64,000 nucleotides of DNA. Origin: Tubulanus polymorphus (Eukaryota; Animalia; Nemertea). The DNA lies in NCBI RefSeq assembly GCF_964204645.1, contig NC_134026.1, forward strand, positions 27,500,150 to 27,564,149, in the 5' to 3' direction. The notes beneath the pieces were generated by a model. It was not told where the DNA came from, ran no database searches, and saw only the letters and a program-made list of their open reading frames with translations. Below, in pieces: positions 30,001 through 43,033 of the stretch (position 1 is the first letter of the stretch; each line of letters starts with the position of its first letter). Made by a program: the position numbers and the translations under genes.

Positions 30001-33000
30001 TACCAGTATCATCAAATTATTTCCAGAGAACCAGCTGATAAAGGACACAGTGATGTGGAGATTCCACCTGCGACATCATCACTGGCTTACCAGGATGATG
30101 ATATGTCGTAAGTTCTCTATAACTCGCCAGCATTGCTACTGAATCTAACTCGATTTTACTTTGGTGATTGAATGTATTTTTTCGGTATCATATCCTAGAT
30201 CGCCGCTTAAATTGGCGTTGGAAAAACAGAAGAAGTCTTCGCGTAAAGAATGGTTAGTGTCAACACCGAATACCTACATGAAGACTCAGATTGAGGAAAC
30301 CGGTACCTCTAATCCGAAACTGATTACCAAGGTAGGTCAGCTGTCAACTGAGACGGAAATCTGATGGGGAAGATCATCTGCAAATTAAACCACATGAATG
30401 TAAAGTGCTTTAATCCCTTTCGATTTAACATAATATACCTTTGTATTTGTCGTGTCTGCTCCATTGCTTCTATGGAAGTTAATTGAAAAAAAAATCTGCT
30501 AATGGGGAAAATTTTAACCCATTTTATACTCAGATTTTAGTGATTTAACAGCTATTCCAATGAATGTAATGATATATCATTTGCGTATGAATATGATATT
30601 TGATATTATCAATTGTGTAGGTTAGTCGATGTTGTGGTAAAATAGTAACTTGTGCTACAATAGTAAATGGAAAAATTATGTAATTGCTTTGCTTACTAAA
30701 ATCTAGTTCTTTGCGTAATTCAACAAAATGAATAATGTATCTCGAGTTTCTAGGTATCTTCTATCGCAATCGTACATCAATTGCTGAATTAGTCACTCTG
30801 AAAGTCCTATATAAGATTGTGTAGATGATTTTGAAATTGGCTATCGATTTTGTCTCGACAAGGTGTGTGTTCTTGCATGCTTCACTGTGAAGAATTGGCA
30901 TTTATTGTGTCTATGTTAAAAGCATAAAGAGTCTCGACGATACATAACGTCATAATCTTAATCTGTAGTGCCATTAACCGCTTTTTGTTAAAAGAGGACG
31001 CGTGGTTGTTGAAATCATAGCGAGCTAGTCCCTACCTAAAGAAAGAGCAATATTGCTAGATATTTTATTTCTAAAGAAAAGATATTTGTATTATGGACTT
31101 GTCCCCAAAATCCATTATTTATTGTGCTGATAATCAATCACATTTATGTATATGGAAATTTTTACCATACTTATAGTTACTTACATTTCTGAATTTTTAT
31201 ATGACAATATAATTTGAGCGTCAAATCAGTCAACACTCAGATAGAGTACAAATATGGCTTGGCTAGGAGAGCGCATGTCTGAAGAAGTCGTCCTATCATT
31301 ATTTCGATCATTATGTGCTTCCATTATTCATATTGGTGTAATATTTAACTCTTTCCTTCAGGCATTCAATGCTCTTCAGATTCTTAGGTACTTAAGAAAA
31401 ATTATCAGTCGGGTTTTTCGATGATAGCTACAGCCCAACTTTGAAACCAGTGGGTCATGTATGAAGATTACTAACGTTTGTTAATGTGCGTGCTCAAAGT
31501 AAAGAGAGTTCTTGAATTGACACTCATGGAGTATAGCTTTGTACTGTCATACTTGTTTATATTTGTGCAACCTATTACCCCGCTATAATACACAAATATT
31601 AGGTTTTTTACATCCGATGATCTAGGAATAAGTGAATCATGATTACGTTTCGCTAACCGAGGTGATTCCACTATCAGAATCAATAACTTTTAATTTTAAC
31701 TGAAATTATTTTATATAATTGGAAGCTGATGATGCTAGATATTCAATTCTTCACGCTACATATACCATTATCAGCAGAGCTTTACTGGTGCAATTGCAAG
31801 TCAGTGTAATTTTGTGAGGTCAGGATACTTAGTAACTGATACTATAATTGTAAAGGGACCAGATTTCCATCAATGTTCAACGCAAGTTATTTTTACAATT
31901 TTCGAAGGCATTCCTCGCCTGACTCATTCCATAACACGTGATGCCAACCATTAATACACTCAGATTAATGGAGAATGGTCCCTGCACACTGATTGTGTAC
32001 TGACTTTTGCATGTAATTTGAAATTTTTCCACTGATTTTGAATTATTTAAGAAATAAATAAATTTGATTGCTTCATGCTTTTAACCGCACGATTGTTCTT
32101 GTTAACTAGTCAATCAGATAAAAAGGCTCTATCTGGATATCGGATTAGTGTTTTCATTGTATTGTCAAATCTAACCAAAACAATTTTTACGATTCATTAT
32201 CGCTCATTTATATTTTATTGAATTTTCATTAACATGTTATTGCATGCACTCTTGTTTGACAAACTACTGCAATCTAGATAGAGCCTATATGTCTCTCTAT
32301 GGATGCAGTTCTTCGATCATTTTTTCCGATCATTCAGAGCCTTTTTGTCGGTTGGTTGGTTGCAGGAATTCTCGCTCACAGTTTTGGCCTAGGTACATCA
32401 TTCTCCCGAGACCTCAAATCACTTTCGATCACTGTGTTCTCCCTCGTCTCTTGAGATGTAACAAGATTCCATTTTATTTGGAGCCTGAGATATGGTGGAA
32501 AGGAAGCCTATTAAAAGCATCGAATCAGGAGAGCGACACCTGAGGGATTATCATAGGAGTGGATTATTTGAGAGGAATATTAGATTTCAGGGAGTATTAT
32601 TAGATAATGTTTTTATTGATTTTGAATAGTGGGTGGCTGAAGGAGATGCTGGGGAATCACCGGCAAAGTCAAAAACCGGAGAGACTATGAAATTAGAAAA
32701 TCCAAATTCATTCGCACCACAGGGAGAAAATCCTAAGGAGTTGAGGGCCAAACAACAGCAGGTAGGTAGTTGGGGTCGACTTTTCTGTCCTTTCCTATAA
32801 ATACAAATTGGTTACGGGTAGATCTTACAGAGAAATATTCTTATTGCTACAGTTGAGAAACCAATATTACACAGATAAGATAAGCGCTGGACCACAGTCA
32901 CGAATCCTTGAGGGTACTACGTGGGAAGAAGCGCGTAGAATGCAGGTATGTATAATTAAGCTAAGATCGTAATTAGTTCTTACAATTATATAATGTCCTG

Positions 33001-36000
33001 CTATGGTAGACACTTGTTTTGTTTTTTTGTGGCCAGATTATGCTAAATTTGTCTAGAATGATTACAATCTATTGGAATACTGATTCACTGATTTATTTTG
33101 CCTGATGTTGTATTTTGTAGGCTGAAGCTGTAAGTCGTTATTAAGTTTGGTTTGTTTTACATATCTAGTATACTAAACAATATTAGCTTTTATTTACTAA
33201 CTACTATAAGAAGCACTTCCTGGTTAGCTGATTAAATGATACAACTCAAATTTATTTCATTCGATTCGCAGTTAGAAAGAATTTGATTTTTCCCGGAAGT
33301 GCTTGTTTTCAAGGTTTTCTATAAAATGTTCCCATAACGTACAACTTGGAGTTTTGCATTGGGTTAGTTCGGTACCCTAATGTGTGTCAAGGTTGTTTGT
33401 GTATTGGCATGCTATAGAAACAGACTTAGAATAGTAGCTTTTCTTCTTCAAGTTAACTTAATAATTACAACATTACATTAATGATAACCTCAAACAAAAT
33501 AAAGGTCTATTTGGCACATAATTTTGATTTCGTATCCTGATAGTTGGTTACAGAGTTTGGTGTTGGTTTGTTTTTTACATTACTGTTTAGGCCAATGTAA
33601 GAGAATTTGTTCGCTATTTTGTAATAGGATGGTAATCTGAGTGGTGCTGGAGATGTTGTGGTTGTTGGAGCAGCGTCTAAAGGTATTATACAGCGTGAAC
33701 ATCAGCACAATGCAGTTGTATATAGGAGTTACTTCGCACCAAATCCATTTGAAAGTATGACTGATGAAGACATCCAGAAATATAAAGATGAAATAGACCG
33801 CAAAAATCGAGGTAATGTATGGTATTTGATTTAGTTTTCCCCTTGCGTTTGATACATATATTCTCTCATAAATTACCTGAAGATGTGTCCATTTCTGTGA
33901 ATGATTTACAAAATCATATTTCTGCTTATCTGAGGTAGTTTCGACCTTTCTATCATTAGAGAGAAATATTTTTTGCATGTTTCTAAGATTTGTGCGATAT
34001 AAATCTACCCCGTATAAAAGTTATTGCTCTAAATGCATGTGGATTGAAATGAATTCTTACGCTTCGGATTTCATTGAGCTCATCATATACTAATGTTATA
34101 AACTACGGTAACTGTTGACGGAGCGTAGAGTGTTTTGTGATATGTGTGCGTGTGTCTGTTTTTGTATAGGAGATGCTCCTGAAGTAATCGTTGAAGGTGG
34201 TACTGAACTACAACAAGAAACCAACGTCGATGAATTCGAGCAAGGTAAAAATATCTGTACATTAGTTCAGTATTACCTCATATTATCGTAGATATATTTC
34301 TGTTGTAGATCGATTGTACACTCACATCCTTCGTATAGATTTTGTTTCGTAGATTCAGATTATTTTAGGTTAAATATTTTTGTGTGTCCACTGTGATATT
34401 AATTTCAGAGGAAAAGTTGTATCGATTTAATTTTAATGAGCAATTTGATTAATGCAGGTGCACCTAAAATTGAGGAGTTACCTCTAAAACAGCAGATCGC
34501 CTCGAAACCGGAATCGGGTCCTAAACTAGTACCTAAAGACGAATCAGATTCCCCGCCTGAAATAAAAAAGGAGGGCGGTTCGCTACCAGCGACAAGTATT
34601 AAACCGAGACCGAAATCTGGTGGTTCAATGACTCCTCCACCTAGAACTGATAAGGATCGTTGGCCTGAATTGCCGAATCGTGCTAATACTATGCCACCCC
34701 CTGTTCCACCTAAACATAAAAGGGGTTTGTTTATTTCAATTGTCCATTGATAATGGCTTCGGTTAACAGGTTTTTAATGCTTAGCATGCTGGATTGATAT
34801 TTGAAGGTTATCACTTTGAAACAACTGCACTAGACTAGAGGGTCGATATAGGTATGACATATTCTTATAAGGACGAGAGAATCAAGTGATAGGGATCAAG
34901 TTTTTAATATCAATTTTCAATGCACAACTTTTCTGTGAGTTCTGAATATTTTGATATGGAATGTTTTGCTAGGAATTTTCAAGTTAAAAGATATTCACAA
35001 ATGTGCATGTGTGCTGTGGTTGTAATGGCTTGGGTATTTGCAGTAGATAAAATGCAAATGCTTTCGATATATCAGTTGACTAAATTGTTTCTAAGAATAA
35101 GAACAAATCTTATAATATTTACAAAATAGTCCTTAAAAATAGGAAGATAAGATGGGAATATGTGATTAATAAATGTATTATTGATATGTAGGCAATGATG
35201 ATAAAAAACACAAAACTCCTCCACTTAAATGTTGGGGTAGGTAAACAGGACTGAATACTTGGAGTGTATACCTATATACATAATATTGAGTTTCCCTGGG
35301 ATATACATGTAGTATAGTCTACCGATATTCCAGTGAAGCTCTTTGCATGTTTTTGGGAAAACTGGTTTCTCAAGGGTTGATATCTCCTATGCTCTCCTCA
35401 TATATTTGTTTTTGTTTTTAATGGCTCACAGCACATTCCCTCGGATCGCGAAAATCTTTAGAAACAAATCTCGATGACATTGAATTAACCCCTGATGGGC
35501 ATGCACCGACTCCACCTTTGAAGACTGCATCTGTTCGTCAGGGTTGGTATCTCATAAGACATTTCTCTTGGGGTTCGGTTACACTTATTCATTTCGACAG
35601 TTTATTTTTGATTTATTTTTGACGCTTGAAACTGATGCAGCGCTGGATATAATGATAGGGTCCCTACGGCTCCTTGATTCCTTGAAAACTCCTTCTAAAC
35701 CAAAAATATTTTTCAAGGTCCTTGAAAATCCTTGAATTTGAGTAAAATGCCCATAAGTCTTTGAAAACTTAAATTTTGAGAAATTGGCAAATTAAAAAAT
35801 TCTAAGGTTAGGCCTAGTTATTATACACTCAGATTCCACCGAATAAAATTGTTTGCTAAGTTGAACAACACCGATTTAGGAGGAGTCAACAGTAATTGAG
35901 ATACGAAAGTGATATACATACACTTTCTCCTTGAAAAGTCCTGAATTCTGGAAAGACTTACCGGTATCTGTAGGAACCCTGAATAATTATTTCGGTTATC

Positions 36001-38927
36001 GGTGAATCACTAATCATTGCTTAGGATATAAACGCACAATTTTATCTATAACAAGGAGTTTTATGTTCAGTTTTTCATACTAAAGAAAAGGTTCTTTTGC
36101 ACAATTTGAATTTCGTTATAGGTTTGAGGAATAAAAAGTTGAGACAGCCTTTTTCAAAGCATCTCATACTTCGTTAACTTCTCGCATGGTGCAAAGGGTT
36201 TATATCAAGTAACACGTTTTTGATTTTCACCACGTTTAATGGCAATTTTGATTTACTCCTATTGATAATTGTGCCAGTCTGTCAATGTATTTAGAAGATA
36301 GTAATGGTAGAATATTATTTAAACTATTTTTTAATTCACCTTGAGTTGATGTATTTTTGTTATATGTTGTATTATATCCCTGTTGATAGGCACGACACTG
36401 ATATGTTTCTTCATGTTTTCACGAAATATTTTCTTTTTGTTTCGTGTTTGTGTTCAGGTCGGCCAAAGTCACGAGAAACGAATATAGATGATGTATTAGA
36501 TGCTCATCCTGAGGGTTAGTTTGTATATTCTTATATATGCTTTATCATAAGCTGTCCGTACTGGTTGCAGTTGATCGTATTCTGGTCATAGTTGAGCCTG
36601 TTTCACATGAATAATCATATACTCAACAGTTTCATCCAGATTCATCGATTTAAGTGTATTTGTATGACAATGGTTGAAACTATTGACTGTTCACCTTGTA
36701 TAATCAATGCATAATCAAAATATAAATGCTATGATTCTAATAAATTTTACATCAATTATTTACGGCATAATTTGTGATACAGTGCTCTGAGTAATACTCG
36801 GATTTGACGTGCTTTTAAATATGTAGACAGATGCTTTACATAGAACAATTACAATTTTACAGCTTATCTACATATTTATCAGGGTTTAGGTGTTTGAATT
36901 GTGGTGGTTTTAGGTTTATTGTCACGAGTTACATAATTTGTAATACACATTTTTCTTCTATCACATCACTTGTTCTATATTGTTTGTATTGGTGGTCTTT
37001 TTACATACGGTAATCTGACTGTAATGTGTTTTCACTTTCAGCTGAATAATTAATCTATTCTGGTTTTTAATTTGAATATATGATGACAGTATGTGTGAGT
37101 GTATGTGTAAATGGCAGGAGTTCTGTGACCTCTAACTGAATGTTTTCTATCTCTCAGTGTACATTTCATTGATATAGAATGTTGAATCTCTCGCTCAACT
37201 TGAATGACTTTAAAATGGCCACAGTGATAACATTTACATCTATGATTATCATAAATATGTGTTATTTGTTGACAGAACGAATTCAAGTTAGTCGATCACA
37301 ATCGGCTCGTGTGCCGGCCAAAAATAGGGAGCGTAAGTTCACTGAGCTAACACTAGAGGTCCTGGGCAGTTTGAGTTTTATATTACAAAAATCTTATCAC
37401 AATTCATTCATCCATCATAGTTCATCCAATCAATAACATCATTTGCAGCTTGAAGGCTCTTTAAAAATATTCTTGCTAGTAATAACTGATGACTTGTTAT
37501 TGATTACGTCATCGAATATCTAATAAGCCTGTATGTTATAACTACCTATTTGCATTCAGCGCCTTTAAGCTTACAGTTATGATTTAATCGAGAAATTTCA
37601 CTAACCATTTCATAATGATCTAACTATTAATTCTGAAACATATTGTTAAAAATCATGGAGGTGTGTTGGTAATCTGTGATCTAAATAACTTTTCTTATGG
37701 AGTATCTTTGATCGGCATCTAAACCGTTATCATTTGATTCTGATAGTTCCTGTTTGTTGATATAATGAAATGAAATAATTTATAATGATTGAATTTGTTA
37801 TTCAGACAACATCAGTTCTAATGAATTATAACATTGAAATGAATTGACTGAGTATTCTCAATCGAAAAGTTTTAGGCATATAAAATTTTGAATAAATGAA
37901 CAATGAACTGACGTTTTATAGTTGTAGATGAGCTGAAGGCACGAACATTAGAACGTTCACTGTCCCAGGATGAGAAACATCCAAGGGGTAAGACTCATTC
38001 CCCAGGTTTATAGTCTACATCCTGGGTAACCCCCTGTATATTCTTCATCATGTAATCACTATTAGTAATAACAATTCAATAGAGTATCATCTGGAAGAGA
38101 ATGAAAGCCTTCCTGGGAGTATTCCACTCTGTCAATCACTGCTTTAACCTAAATATTATCTTCTCCAATCATTTAGCTACCATATCTATTATTCCATATC
38201 TTGCCATCCTGCCCTGAATTTCTTCAATGAATAGGTGTTGATTTCTTCATGTTGATGAAATAGTGTGTGTGTGGTGTATGTGAGTTCTATTGAGTTACCT
38301 TCTTCTTATGACCGCTTTTATGTCCAACTTATATAAGAGTATTTTTGTAATAATGATCATAATTACATTTACCCAAATAATATCTGACACAACTGTGAGA
38401 TGTACTGATTCATTATTAAATGGTTGTATGCCATTAACTGCTTAATAATTGTGTACTAGAATGATAATTTATTCATAATGATTTTTTGCATGTATCTTTC
38501 AGGATTCATTGAATTAATTACAATACATATAGTATCAGTGTATAGAACCAATGCCTATATAGTGTTTGTTTATCGATTTTGTGTTTATTTATTTTCAGGT
38601 GAACAGCCGCAAGTGAATGGAGAAGGAGAAGGCAAACCGAGATCGCCAGCCAAATCTGACACACTGAAGTCAACAGATACCGAGGGAGGACACAGTGCTG
38701 TACGTATTGCTTCGACAACTTTGAAATTTTGTATCTTAATTGTTGGTTAGATCAAACACTTTTGACTCAATAGAAAATCCTATTAGTTCAGAGCCATAAA
38801 TTCGTGATTGTAGGGTTCACCGTCAAAAGAACATCCACCAACCGAGGATTCCCCCTCGAAGAAGGAGAAAAAGAAGAAATTCAGAATGCCATCGTTCTCT
38901 AAAACTAAGAAGAAGGAAAAGAAGTAA
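24100..38927 (+). CDS. hts: Adducin (hu-li tai shao-like), more than 20 exons, heavily alternatively spliced
   Basis: The class II aldolase-like head includes [57 protein letters not shown] and ILRNHG. The neck includes [21 protein letters not shown] and [15 protein letters not shown]. The C-terminal MARCKS-like domain is [15 protein letters not shown], with TAA at 38925-38927. Confidence 0.95.
25324..25481 (+). CDS. hts: Adducin mutually exclusive exon A (158 nt)
   Basis: Boundaries are atgatttcag|GTGG...ATCACT|gtaagt. It encodes [15 protein letters not shown]...[12 protein letters not shown]. Confidence 0.9.
25511..25668 (+). CDS. hts: Adducin mutually exclusive exon B (158 nt)
   Basis: Boundaries are atgatttcag|GTCT...GTCACT|gtaagt. 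It encodes [15 protein letters not shown]...[12 protein letters not shown] and has the same length and phases as exon A. Confidence 0.8.
27029..27150. repeat. Two adjacent short tandem duplications (32 bp x2, then ~34 bp x2) in an adducin intron
   Basis: CTATTTCGTAATGTTTCCGT(T/C)ATAGACATCTT occurs twice, then TAGACATCTTCGAGTGAACAGTCTAAAATGCCTT occurs twice. Confidence 0.85.
33121..33129 (+). CDS. hts: Adducin 9-nt microexon (Ala-Glu-Ala)
   Basis: The sequence tattttgtag|GCTGAAGCT|gtaagt is phase 0 on both sides. It sits between the exon ending RRMQ and the exon starting DGNLS. Confidence 0.7.
35656..35981. mobile_element. ~325-bp non-autonomous DNA transposon (hAT-like ends) in an adducin intron
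   Basis: The left end is TAGGGTCCCTAC and the right end is GTAGGAACCCTG (reverse complement CAGGGTTCCTAC). Subterminal CCTTGAAAA repeats are present. The flanks TATAATGA and AATAATTA resemble a decayed 8-bp TSD. Confidence 0.65.
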
Positions 38928-41900
38928 ATGGTTCATTGCGAAATGAGAAAACTGGTTTATCGTTAATTGAAAAGTGTACATGAAATGACAAACATTATGA
39001 TTGGTGGACAGTCTTAAAGCACTGCTACTACAACTACTAAACTAATTCTCTCATGATATATGTACCAGTATGCTAGTTTTGAATGGCATATTTTATATAT
39101 AATTTCACATGTATTTTAGCCCTTATGATAAGTTTGCAGAGATTTCTAGTAAACAAAAGATGAGTCTAGATATTTGATGAATATGATACAGAAATTAGGG
39201 GGGAGGGATTTCTTGTATTCTATGATGTCTATGTAATTTGTGATGATGTTTTAAATTGCACACATAAGTCTATCTCTGTCTTTCTCTCTTGGCGCTCACT
39301 ATCCCTGTCATATGTGTGAATAGCGCCTTGGTGGAATTTTAGCTATAGTAGCCGTGCTTCAGTTTCTATTTTATTAGTCTTCCTAACTTAGCATTGTACT
39401 ATTACTGAAGAGGTGATTATGTATATGGTATTTAGAGAAGTGCTGGAATGGTAGATTCACAAGGCTTTAGCGTTAAAATAAAAACGCACATTATGTTTTG
39501 TTGATAATTGAATATCCAATGAAACATCAATAGGTGTCGTACATTGTGATGTTGTTTGTAACTAATAGGTGGCATCACTGTGATTTGTCTGCTGATATTA
39601 TCTATTCGAAACACGTCCCAAAATAAGCATTATTTATATTTAGCTATTTGTATTAGTTTACCATGCTTATTTGCTATATTATAAAGTGAAATTTTTTATC
39701 TTTGATTAAAGCTTCTTACTTGCCAAAATGATCCAAGAAACAAAATATGTCTGGGTCTAGTTCCTTCCAGCACTTTTCTAAGATTCAAACTTTGATGAGG
39801 GAAGAATGAGGATATTTGTTCAGCTTTTTCTTATAAATGTGCAATGCCTAGATTAGTATCGTTTTGTACAGAAAAGTGAAAGTACGTGATTATATATGAT
39901 TTCATGATGAAATTTTGTTATGACAAAGATGATAATGTCAGAGGACTACATGCATAAAAACCAGTTTAGGTGAAAGAAAATTGTAAATTTATTTTTGTGA
40001 AGCTAAAGCTTTTGTAAAATTAGTTAGTCCAGTGGCCTAGGATTGAACAAGTATTTGTTGATAGCGTCATTTTGAAAGACCAAATATCGGGCGCAAATGG
40101 ACTTTGTTAAACATTCACGTATTACCTTTCGTTTTATACACATTGAAGAAGTCTTTATGATATGGAAGACATAAAAGTGTAATATATATATCTATATATA
40201 TATTAAACAACTCTTCTCTAATTATTATTGTTGAACAGATTTGTATACAACGGATCAATGGTTGAAAATACTCAAAAATGTGCAGGTTCAATTGATGCAA
40301 ACAAATGTAAACATGCTTTTAACTATATCTTATATGATAAGTATCTTATTTAGCTGCAAGTAAATATTTGTGGATTTTTTTAATGGAATGTATTCTACTG
40401 TGAGTAACAACCAGTTCTCGGCAGAACTAGACAGATTCTCCTTGCATGGTCGCCGTACCAGCTAGTCTTAAGTATTATCATGAGATGAGTTCCGTATGGA
40501 AGCAATGAGTAGTCACTTGCTAATGTCACTTCTCTGCTTTGATTGTGAAATCTGAAAACTGGCAAGTGATAGTGGCAGGTATAAAGGGTTGAAGGTCATC
40601 AGCCTGTGGCAAGTAAGCAGGTACATTCCATCCATGATTTTATATATACATAAAGTAATTTCTAGTACCATCAGGGAAACAGGAGTTTTTAAAAACCATG
40701 CTGATACCATAAATAGTTGTGTGTTGTATGCTGATAATGAGTCAAATTGTTTACATCAATGCTATAAGAGTTTCACTGTAAATTGATATTTAATAATACT
40801 GTGTTTTCCTGGTTGATGTAACCCACTCGACGTATATGACTAAAAATATTATATCACAAAGGTGTTGTATATGATAATTATTGAAGTATCTATGCCTGCT
40901 AAAGTTAAACTCGCTGTCTGTGCAAACTCATAATCTGGACATATCAAATAAAATCCTGCAACATCTATAATTAACATCTCTGTTTTCCACTTAGTTTTGC
41001 TAGGTATCGATGCTTTATCCAGCCTTTGTACTATGCTCAGTTTTGGATGTCACCTTCGATTCCAGTTTCACTTCAGAATTCTTCTAGTTTATGGGAGTAG
41101 TTGTTTTGTAAGTTTTGGGCCAGTAGGACTTTGGCTGTCGCGAGACATGTTCTTTGTTGAGTTTGCCAGATATATGTGAGGAAAGTTGTTTCTCAGAAAG
41201 CTAAATATTCTCTGGCAAGCTTGGCTTGTCTGTTTTGAAAATTGATATTCTAATGGCTTGTTTAATTTCATTTCTGAATACTCTTTAAGAATGGTTGAGA
41301 TTGCGCCTGCTATTCATTATATACTAATAAACATTTTCTATCTAGACTCATGATTTCCTTGAACATTGATAAATATTATAGTAGATGGAATTATCCTCTT
41401 CATGTATTTTTGATATTACTCAAAGCTTCATGTCATTTCTGCATTTTTCAGGCATTTAACCATAGACAATATAGACTAATTCAATTAAAACCAACCACTA
41501 GCTGCTTGTTTGTAAATATCTGCATTATCATGATGATTTTTCCCATTTGTTGGTGATTCAAGGAAATGTGGCTTCAATAGTAGATAAATTTATAATTGCG
41601 TTAAAAAAATGTTTCAATATTGTTTAAAGATTTATGCAACTGGTAGTTTGACTATTCTAAAACACTATATATTAATTATATCAGAAATTCATATGCTCTT
41701 ATAAGTTTTATAGATTTTTTGTTGCAATTTTTGATATGCCCCTTACATGACCCTAATATTTGCTACATTGTCGATCTATCATGATATGTGAACATGATGG
41801 CAATGGAGTGGCGTACCTTGTAAATATAATTCCACTAGCCCATCTGTGAACAGATTTGAGAAACCTCCACCATAATGTTAGTAAACATTACTGCATCGAA

Positions 41901-43033
41901 GAGTAAGACGCTGTGTTGGAGTTTGTTGACTATTTCTCTGGTATCCATACAGATTATCAGTGAAGTTGTTTTGTTTATTGGTTGCTGGTGTTAATGTTGT
42001 TTTAGTCGTAGTTCAATGTGTGCTATCAAAGAATAGCTCGGTGCATGTAATGGGCATATTGTTTCCTCTTCAAAAGCTGGATATCTCATACAACTGTCCA
42101 AATTTATAAAATCTTAGCTACATAAAGAGTCCACTTGATTCGGATCATTTTGAACTGTCAAAATTTGTCCGGTTTTTGGAAAACCTGGATTTAAAGTCAT
42201 TTTGTTGTATATTAATGAACAAATGGACTGCAAATGAGTGTACTAAGTATTTTCTGGTGTAAACAACAGTTGTATGTTGTTTCTGGATTATGAAGAGTTG
42301 TGTAGCTTTTTGTACAATTTTTGGTCAACATTATCCATTTCTATTATAGCTCCTGGCACAATTGATTGGGTAATGGTCAAGGTTGATATGCTAAAATATA
42401 TATACAAAAAACATTTTTATGTTGCCAGCTTCGAATCTGCTGTATCTAATAAACAGTCAATGCTATAATCCAAACTTGTTTCTCACTGTGTCAATTGAAG
42501 AATTAGATCATGAAGCCATATGGACTCATTCAGGCTTTCCTGACTTGGTGACCATTATTGTTCCAATTTTTGATTATCCAGACTCATTTTGTGGTCGTCA
42601 GGACATCAGCTCAGTAATGTTGTTGAGTGAACGAACTAACACCAGGGCCTGTGTTCATGGGTAACAAAGTTACCATCAACGTAGGTGACAACCACTGAGA
42701 AACCACAGCAATAATCGAAAATAATTTTTATAAGTCAAAAAATAAGTTCAAATATGGGCCCAAAACGTAGCTTTAAGTGGAACTTAGTCGACAAACCATG
42801 ATATATCACTTTTCCCAAGAACATAAGAGGAAAATGTTTTACAAAACATTTATTTAGCTGAAGATTCGCAAATAACTTGCTACAAAACATCACGATACAT
42901 ATTTATAACAGAATGTGTTACATGTAATTCACAACTTCCCATCTAGCTAGAATTCTGATGAACTGTAAGCAGTTGGTCATATCAACTATGAATCAATCAA
43001 TATATGCACAATTTTTTTTAATCTAAACTAATT

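Noticed and set aside
33591-33596. Apparent 6-nt microexon ag|GCCAAT|gtaag in adducin
   Set aside because: Only 31 nt separate it from the next acceptor (33627), which is too short to splice, and skipping that next exon would shift the frame.
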